Source: Hydrurus foetidus (taxonomy: Eukaryota). From it: a DNA stretch of 40,325 bases. Every line of letters begins with the position of its first letter. Position 1 is the first letter of the stretch. Both the position numbers and the translations under genes were made by a program. The stretch is taken from assembly GCA_900617105.1 (NCBI GenBank), contig UYFQ01000060.1, positions 1-40,325 on the forward strand, given 5' to 3'. The notes under the pieces are model-generated. The model had not been told where the DNA came from, ran no database searches, and saw only the letters and a list, made by a program, of their open reading frames with translations. Positions 31,201-40,325 of this stretch are shown piece by piece.

Positions 31201-34200
31201 AGCAGGGAGGTTGAGAGGGTTGTTAGCAGGGACTGAGAGGAATCCTGGCAGTCAGCTATCGTAGTTAAGGCGGTGCACATCTCTCCTCTGTGTAGGGTAA
31301 GATGCAGTATAGAGGTAGATGTGATGTATAAGTGATGCGCACATTGGTAGAGTGTTGCATTGAATAGTTTGAATGTATTGCAGGGCGGAATGACATGACA
31401 TGTCATGTCATGTCATGGAACATCATAGTATGACGTAGTATGGCATGCTGTATTACCATACAGACTCATCACCAAGTCATCTCTCTCATGATATGTGAAA
31501 AAAATACACGATCCGATCCTGTTACAACATTTCGACTGACTACTCAATCGGAATAAAAGTGACGTCACACATTAAGCGCATTTCCAGTACCTCATGACGT
31601 CCCTACTCAAGAGATAGGAGGAGTTAAAGGAGCAATCCTTCCCACCGGAGCCCTGGTCGCATACACAAGACGCGATGCAAGTAGTGTCGAATATAGTGCA
31701 AGAAGGAATGATGACACCAGATGGATTGGAGTACACACACACGCCCTTGGTCGAACAAATGGATCCTGTGAGAGCAGATAATGAATTGAAGAGGGTGAAA
31801 GCTGGCTGTTGAAGAGCATGGTGACGAGTAGTGGAAAGCGCGGTTAGGTAGATTAATACTGACACATGTGAGAGGGATTAAAAAGTAAATAAGACGGGCA
31901 CCAGGGTAGATAAAATTTATATCTGATGAGCTACTGGACTGCAGTACTCAGTCATGTGGAGTAGATGATTGGCCCAGTAACACTGGTTTCCCGTGCGGTG
32001 CGGTGCAGTGCAGTGTAGTGTAGTGCAGCACTGTGCGATGTGAGGGAGTAGAATGAAAGTGTCGAGTAGAATGAAAGGAAACGCTGCAGATGACAGCTGT
32101 GTGTTGTGTGTACCTGGAGTGACAGTCGGACAGAGTAGAGCAGGAGCTGTGCATACGTTCGACGTGCACTCTCCATACAGACAGTCATTGCTAGTCGAGC
32201 ACCGAGATCCCACTAGACCAGGTGATTCCGATAATGGGAAACATATAGTATTGGAGTCGCCTGCTGCACCTGAAAGATCAAGATGACGAATGTTAGTTAC
32301 GTATGTTGGAACATAGCGGCAATGAGTGCATTAGCGGCACTGGAGGCAAAGTCGGAGCATCGAGTTACTGCAGGTAGCATTTCAGCTATGTGATAATGGA
32401 CGCCTCTCTCATAGATTAGGATGATACTGCGTTCGATGATTCGAAAATGCAGAAGACAGATACATTGGTAGATGGATGGATGGAGAAGCACGAGGCAATC
32501 GTCGCAGACTCAATATTGCGAATCAATAAGAAAGAAGGCGCTTCGCAAGTATCTGCGGCCTCACATCATCACTCTACAGGAGCAACCACCAAGGTTTTGC
32601 CTATCCACTCTCTCGTAATAGTGCACAGTATACAGCACCATCTTACCTTTCGTCCAAGCAACGCATTCCCCACACGTGTTGCTGGTGCTGCGGCACGGCT
32701 GTCTGTGCAGTGATGAGCAGTTAGGAGCGAGTGCGCAAGAATCTGGTCCAAGATCCATGCTCGATACAGCCTATGGCGAGACCGGAAAGAGAAAGGTAAG
32801 GTAAGGAAAGGAAAGAAAAGAAAAGGGAGGGGAATAAAAGACATGGAAAGGGCAAACAAGGAAAGGGGAGGTAACGTAGGAGAACGAAATGTAAGATTTA
32901 TACGTAGATGGTGACAGGACAAGGTGTGGCACATGCTAAAAGGTAGTGCATGAAGAGACAGCATCTGATTGAAGTTGGGGCGCGAGGAGGAACTATGACA
33001 GCTGAATCTACGAGTGAATTTTTAGTGATGGCGCATCGTAATTGTGACGCTTCAGATGCCTTCTGTTCCTTATTTTTGGTGTCTGAAATTCCAGCGAATT
33101 GGGCCTATGACATCAGATCGCCAGAAATGACTAACACATATCTCCCAGAATTAGTCATGAGGTGGTGTGATAGTCACGTACGTACATTGTTGATTGTCTG
33201 GAATGCAAGGTCTATGTTCCCTTCAAAGAAAGCGTCTTTCAAATTCTGCTGTACGTACGAAGATACGTTCACCGCCCCCTGTGTCACTGACACATACGTG
33301 GTAGCTACATTAAATGAGAAGAGTGTGTCCTGTACTTCAACTTGTACTTGAACTTTGTTGGAGATGGATTCATCTGTAGAAATGGAGCCGGAGGGGAGGT
33401 GGGAATATGCGAAGGCTCTAAGACTCATAGCAGCCACCGTCTTGTACACAGAGTTGGAGGAACAGCGGTACGCGAAAGAATGGCTCAAGGGGTAGACAGA
33501 GGAGTCCGCAGCCCAGCCAGGAGAGGACAGCAAGAAGAGTGTTTGCAATGCTACACCCGATGAAGGTGATGTGACAAGTCGACCACCAGTAGGAGCTGAA
33601 TTGGCTACCAGAGTTATGTCTGCGAATGACTGCACTGCACTGCCAATTGATGAAGCTGAGAGGCGAAATGTGTATGATTTGCCCGCTGAGAAAGAGTCGG
33701 CACTTAAGCTGATGGGAAATATGATCTGAGTCGCTGTCACTCCACTGCTCTCTTTAAATATTTTGGTAACCGGTGTTAGAGATGTGAAGGGCACAGCCAC
33801 AGCCATAGTGTCGAATACACCCCACACAGCACTGACAGCACTGGTGGAGGAAATATATCCGGTTAGAATTAGCTTTGACTTCGGATTAAATATTGTTGAT
33901 GTGCTGGATATAGTAACTTCCGCGCTGTTAGCTGGCACAGGTGTAACTGTCACTGTCTTGCTGTCTGATAATGATCCAGCTGAAACCTCGACAACGAACA
34001 CGTATATGGTGCCGAGTGACAGCGCATTGCTGGGTATTTTAAGCAGACTTGTTGTGGCGCCACTTGATCCAATGATGCCACAGTCACCAGCAAAATTAAC
34101 AAGTGATCCTATGGTGCAGGACCACTGTATACCACGATAAATAAATAGACGAGAAAGTGCAACAAGAACAAAAAGGCATCGTGAGGCATTGGGCAGATGG

Positions 34201-37200
34201 AATCTAGAGATAGAAGGGGCTATTGTCGAGTACTACGATTTACACACATACGGTATACGAAGAAGGCGTACCTGGTAGGTTAAATTTGCTTTCAGACCGG
34301 GTGCTCTATCCGCGTCAGAGGAGAGAGAGGCGTCAAGTAAAAGAGGGGAGTCTACGGGATTGGTCCGGGATGCCCCTCCGGCTATTATGGCTGACACTGG
34401 ACCGTGAGAAACGTACACAGTAACAGATGCAGAGGAGGACATTTTCCCTTCCCTCGCTGTCACGGTGAAGGTGTATGTTCTGTCAGGGATCAAGGAGTAC
34501 GCAGGCAGGGAGAATCTCAGTGGATCAGCGCTTGTCGACGTCAGAGATGTTCTTAGTGACCCTTCTTGCACGCTCCACCTATACGTCATTGCGGCGTCTT
34601 TCTTCGCACAACTTGAAATGCTTCCAGCGGCTAATATAGTCAGGTTTGAGTATGCATATATGGCTAAATAGGCGGGACCAATGATGGTTACCGACGCAGC
34701 CTTGGAAGCTGTGGTAATATCCAAGTTGAAAGATTGAGAACCGGTAGCACCGAAGAAATTCGTGAGAGTCAGGATGAATGTGTACGTACCCCTCGCAAGG
34801 TACGTACTTACGACAGGAATGGGTCGAGTGACTTGGAAAGCTCTACTGTATTCATTTAGGTACTTCTCTAAGGCGGTTGTATTCAGTTCCCTTTCAATGG
34901 CGTTGTTACTGTATAAATTGGCCGTGACAGACCATGATACGGCCCGGTATAACCGACCACCATTCCCGTAAGATTCGGTAGCATCCAATGAGAGATTAGA
35001 GCAGGACCCTAGTTTTGGCGGTGCGATTATGAGGGCAACAGGTCTCAAGGGGGAGAGAGGACTCTTGAGTCTAGTGAATGCATTTAGTGAGGACGGATTC
35101 AGAGTACAAGTGGCTGCTGAAGATGTGCAGAATGCTCGAAGACGATTAGGCAGAAGGGTGACTGTGTCGCCCACTTCGAGGAAAGGCTCCTGTGGTCCAA
35201 AGCCCGTTTGCCTCCAAAAAGTAGTTCTCACAGCAGTCGCACCCAGCCATTCACAAGTGCTCTTCGATGCAGCGCTGAACGTAAACAGAGCACTGCATGT
35301 CCAGTTAGCTGAGGTGATACCACCCATGTCTGTCGGAGAGTCAAATGAAATTATAACCGCCTGCCCACTTTCGCTGAAAATTGCGCTGACTATGTCTGGG
35401 GCGGGGACTAATGACAAAGGCGACAGGAGTCTGATCGGCCAGGTGGATGGTGCGAATGCCGGAGATGATGATGGTGCTGTCTGGGCAGGTGCTGTGCTGT
35501 TGACTGCAATAATGTCGAGGACCAGAGAGTATTTTCCTTCGTAAGACTGCTTGGAGGAAAGATAAAACCTCCCTGTCAGTGGGGATGAGGGTGAGAACAG
35601 AACACTCACTGGAGTGGCAGTGACGTCAGACATAAGAGCTCTATTGAGGTACACCAAAGGCTTCACAAGGAAGGAAGTCTTAGGAGGTCCAGGTAGTGCG
35701 TACTGGAATACGAACAGTGACGGACTTGCGCCGATGTATCTATTCGAATCCAGGTATACAGCTGAGGGAAGGTTCGCAAATGAAATCACTTTACAGCATT
35801 TCGTTTCCACTGTTGCTTCCGTGTCGAGAACTTCTGCAAGAGAGTTGCCTTGTCCTACAGACGTCTCAGCGTAGCAGTACACAGAATGCACTTCCGCTGC
35901 TTGCAGACCAGTGAACTGCAACTGGAGAGACAGAGGGAACTTCGCCCCTACCAATATTGGAGCTGAGGAACCGCGGAAAGTACCTATCGAATCGGCAGAT
36001 TTAATGCTACCGATGGATGAAGGCGTGAATTCAGTCGGCATTACGGCGCAGAAGACATATCCAACGGCTACATCGCCCTTCGAAAATATTGACTTGGTGA
36101 GGGTGACATTGATTGACACAGTGGATCTTGAGACGTTCATGATAGAAATTCCGAATACTTTTGGTACAACAATCACTGTGGTGGGGGAGACTGTAGGGGC
36201 TGCTGTGGGTGACACCAATATAGAGGTTTTGATGGGAGTAAGGACGATCTCTGCGACTGTCAGTCCAATGAGTGAGGGATGATACTGCCCTAACATAGCC
36301 ACGTAGGAACCGCTACTACGTGCACTTTCCAACTGATTGGCAAGGGACTTGTACGCAGCAGCGCTGTCAGTGTATCCCAATCGTGACAGCGCTGCAGTCA
36401 CATTGCATGTTATCATATAGGAGGGTAGAGAAGCTAGTAGCTGTAATTCAGCTTTCTGAACACCAACAGAGAAATGTTCTAATGCCGTTCTTTTTATAGG
36501 AATGGGAAGATTAGCCGATTGGATGCTTGAGAATGACACGTCCCTCAACCGCACTCCATCCATTGAATTCGAAGTCGCACCTCGAAACGCTCCTCTCAAC
36601 AAGAAGGAGGGCAATCCTGTCACATTCAAATTCAGTGCAGTGATATTGACGAAAAATGAAATCGCAGCGTATTCTTCGTTTAACGGAAATATGTTTGTCG
36701 GATTCCCTGTGGGCTGCAGATTCTGTGAAGGAGAGGGACGCATTGTTGGTGAGGAGGAGGGTTGAGCAGATGGGCTTCCTGATGGCTGAGTGGTAGGTTG
36801 CGATGTGGGTTGCGATGAGGGCTGGGATGATGGCGTACTCGTTGGAAGTGTGACAGGCTGGCCTGATGGTCGCGATGTGGGCTGTGAGGAAGGTGCTGAC
36901 GAGGGCTGACCTGTCGGTGGAGACGATGGACTATCTGATGGTGAGGATGTTGGCTGACCAGTGGGCAGTGATGTTGGCTGACTCGTAGGCTGTGATGATG
37001 GCCGTGAGACTGGTTGTGAAGTTGGTTGACTAGATGGTTGCGAAGACGGGCGTGCTGATGGAAATGATGTAGGTTGAACTGTCGGCAAGCCAGTCGGTTG
37101 TGATGATGGCTGACCTGTTGGATTTGAGATCGGTTGTGCGGACGGCATTGACGTTGGATTGGAACTTGGCTGCGATGATGGTTGACCGGATGGCTGTGAT

Positions 37201-39254
37201 GACGGGTCACTTGTCGGTTGTGATGATGGCTGCGATGATGGCAGTGCTGTGGGTATGGATGTTGGCATCAATGTAGGCTGACTGGTGGGTTGTGCTGTAG
37301 GCTGAGCTATCGGCTGTGACGTCGGCATCGATGTAGGCTGACTGGTAGGTTGCGACGATGGTCGTCCCGTAGGTTCACACGATGGCATTGATGTTGGCTG
37401 CGATGTTGGTTGCGCTGATGGTATCGATGTCGGCTGACCGGTAGGTTGAGATGTTGGTTGTGCAGTAGGTTCCGAAGATGGCATCGATGTAGGCTGACCG
37501 GTAGGCTGTGATGATGGCACCGATGTTGGCTGGGATGTCGGCTGAGATAGTGGTTGCGCAGATGGTATCGATGTCGGTTGACCGGATGGCTGTGATGACG
37601 GGTCACTTGTCGGTTGTGATGATGGTAGTGATGATGGCTGTGTTGTGGGTATGACTGTTGGTATCGATGTAGGCTGACTGGTAGGTTGCGATGATGGAAC
37701 CGAAGTTGGCTGCGATGACGGCTGTGTTGTAGGAAATGTTGTGGGCTGAGAGGTAGGCTGTGATGATGGTTGCGCTGTGGGTTGCGATGTTGGCCGACTT
37801 ACAGGTTGTGAAGTCGGTCGAGTTGTCGGTTGAGATGACGGTTGTGATGATGGTTTCGATGTAGGATGACTTGACGGTCGTGTTGTCGGTTGGCTCGTAG
37901 GTTGCGCTGATGGCTGGGTGGTCGGAGTAGTCGATGGTTTTGTCGTGGGTTGAGAGGAAGGCTGTCCAGTTGGCTCCGCATTCGGATGACAGGTGGGCTG
38001 TGACGAAGGCTGCGCAGTGGGCTGCGATGTTGGCTGACTTGTAGGTTGTGATACTGGCTGACCTGTGGGTTGCGATGTTGGCTGGGTTGTGGGTTGTGAT
38101 GTCGGCTGCCTTGTTGGCTGTGCACTTGGTCGTCCCGTTGGCTGTGATGATGGTTGCGATGATGGCTGCACAGTTGGCTGCCCAGTTGGCAGTGATGTTG
38201 GCTGCCCAGTAGGCTGCGTCGGCCTACTAGTTGGCTGTGATGATGGTCGCTGTGTAGGTTGCGATGAGGGTTGTGATGTTGGTTGTGATGATGGTTGCCC
38301 GGTCGGTTGCCCAGTCGGCTGTGAGGTCGGTTGCCCAGATGGTTGTTCGGAAGGTCGCCCTGTTGGTTGTGATGTCGGTTGAGTAGGCTGGCTAGTTGGC
38401 TGCCCTGTTGGCGATGTTGGATTGCTTGTTGGCTGCCCTGTTGGACTTGATGGTCTACTAGTAGGTTGTGATGTCGGTTGACCTGTGGGCTGCGATGATG
38501 GCTGACTTGTTGGTTGTGCGGATGGTTGTGATGTCGGTTGACCTGTGGGCTGCGATGATGGCTGACTTGTTGGTTGTGCGGATGGTTGTGGTGTTGGTTG
38601 TTGAGTGGGTCGCGATGGTTGCCTCGTCGGTTGCGCGGATGGTTGTGATGTCGGTTGAGTAGGCTGGCTAGTTGGCTGCCCTGTTGGCGATGTTGGATTG
38701 CTTGTTGGCTGCCCTGTTGGACTTGATGGTCTACTAGTAGGTTGTGATGTCGGTTGACCTGTGGGCTGCGATGATGGCTGACTTGTTGGTTGTGCGGATG
38801 GTTGTGGTGTTGGTTGTTGAGTGGGTCGCGATGGTTGCCTCGTCGGTTGCGCGGATGGTTGAGATGTCGGTTGACCTGTGGGCTGCGATGATGGCTGACT
38901 TGTTGGTTGTGCGGATGGTTGTGGTGTTGGTTGTTGAGTGGGTCGCGATGGTTGCCTCGTCGGATGCGCGGATGGTTGTGATGTCAGTTGTAATGTGGGT
39001 TGCCTTAACGGCTGGGATGAAGGTGTCAGTCTATCTTCCAGTGAAATTGTAGGAAATGACATCTTAGGCTGAAGCTGTCCAACATTGCTCATCAGATATG
39101 ACGACTCAAGATTTTCATCGCACTGCAGTTTGTTTCGATAACGGTTCAACAGCAGCCCGTCACTTGAGGTCAACGAGCTACCATCTGTTTCGCCAGTACT
39201 TCCGAGGCAGGACTGAGTGATGAAAGTAATTAATACCAATGCCATTTTCAACAT
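25223..39254 (-). CDS. Giant PT-repeat / REJ(PKD-like) / Cys-rich / GPS-like multipass membrane protein, 10 exons, ~3794 aa
   Basis: Exons 39254-34272, 34124-33186, 32770-32647, 32269-32114, 31765-31591, 31287-30972, 30803-29130, 28802-28424, 28160-27298, 26998-25223. All introns GT-AG and phase-consistent (11385 nt). Signal-peptide-like N-terminus, LDATESYG and LDASLSSDAD REJ motifs, several hydrophobic segments. Confidence 0.85.
28852..29075. repeat. Intronic GACA/CA-rich minisatellite
   Basis: Repeated caggagcaatgagacagacagacaca units inside intron 7. Confidence 0.85.
36700..39030 (-). repeat. Coding P(T/S)xQ tetrapeptide repeat array
   Basis: About 780 aa of PTSQ/PSSQ/PTGQ units in exon 1. 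Confidence 0.95.
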
Positions 39255-39646
39255 CTTTTCTAATAGAATCTCGTCTTGCTGAGTCAACGCCGACAAGTGG
39301 CGTCCTTAATTACAGTGCAGCCCTTTTGTATCCAGCACACTTGCCTTCACAAAAGGATGCGTATGCCGCAAATATCATCGATTCGCTGAATTCTGTGATT
39401 TAAGATCTTTTTCCTGAAGAAAGCAATCTGTGAAGCTGCGTCCAATCGGCGTGAGGAAAAGGCTCCGTCTCATTCGTGCGAGTAGGCCACTTTGAACAGA
39501 TACAATAGCATATTAAAAAATATACCACACGTCACACAAGTTACATCACGATGATCCCAGATCATTCACAGGTCGATAATATATTACGCCCGCAGAATAA
39601 AAGTAGCACTTTCGCACTGAAAAAAACGTCTGATGAGGGGGGGGGG

Positions 39647-40325
39647 TCTTGGTAAAACCGTTCCTTTAGGGATAACTGATCCCGGTACTGAACTGGTAGG
39701 TTGCTAGTGATTCGTTGAGAATACACCTTGTGAAATGCAAGCCTAGCCAGAGCAGCAGAAAAGTCAACTAGTGTAGGTATAATGACGTGATGTCATATAG
39801 TCTCTTTTAATAAGAAGTGGTTAGCATGTCAAAACATCCACTTCATCAGCTGTATACTAACTGCTAGTATGCTACTTGGTGTGATTCATCACTCCAACAT
39901 TTCATTCCTGATGTGACCGCGGGTTGGTGTATAGTATCAACCGGTCTACAAGGAATCATAAAACGTATGCCTAAGCTACAACTATCCGGACTGGATATCG
40001 TTCATGATATTATCCCCAAAGGGATTCCTAGTCTACGCATATCCCAACACACCCCTAATGTCATCGACATTCAGTCACATGGTTGTTTAGGTATCATGCA
40101 AATTATTTATCATCACATGGTGTTAAAACGTGGTAATTATCATAACTAATATAGGTTTCTGCGTAGTTATCATCATAACCATATAGTCAAAAATCACGGT
40201 GACTTTTTGAGTGTGAGATAAAGAGATGTTACTTTTGTCCCATTATTTTCTTGAACATTTTGTCGAAAACCGCACCTTGCAACGGTTTTGTAAAGTAGTC
40301 GGAAGTCATTTCCGCCGTGGGAACA
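39647..40325 (-). mobile_element. Probable 3' LTR, PPT and 3' UTR of a copia related to B, continuing beyond the window
   Basis: cctagtcta..atatcccaaca|cacccc at 40027-40055 mirrors the B LTR end and PPT; tgacgtgatgtc at 39783 mirrors tgacatgatgtc. Left boundary (tcttgg, 39647) is tentative. Confidence 0.55.

Noticed and set aside
36680..39052. Alternate-frame and antisense ORFs in the PT-repeat region
   Set aside because: Shadows of the repetitive coding frame.

Overview
Eukaryotic nuclear DNA, most likely a stramenopile (inferred from the PTSQPS-repeat/REJ protein and diatom-CoDi-like copia pol). 1-21.6 kb is a minus-strand transposon cluster. (i) Ty1/copia element A runs off the left edge; its gag and pol are separated by a 715-nt GT..AG, inverted-repeat-bounded segment whose removal fuses them in frame. 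(ii) A DIRS/Ngaro-type tyrosine-recombinase retrotransposon has gag and RT in one frame separated by UGA-CUG. (iii) Complete copia element B (13090-21562, TSD AGAGT) has no tRNA-type PBS; its leader is instead complementary to its own LTR, a candidate for self-priming. (iv) A decayed hAT element with an 8-bp TSD sits in the 5' LTR of B. The right half holds a single-exon gene with a TPX2-like Aurora-binding N-terminus, a 10-exon ~3794-aa PT-repeat/REJ/GPS-like membrane protein gene, and a probable LTR of a B-related copia at the right edge. All family calls are from motif recognition by eye; no searches were run.
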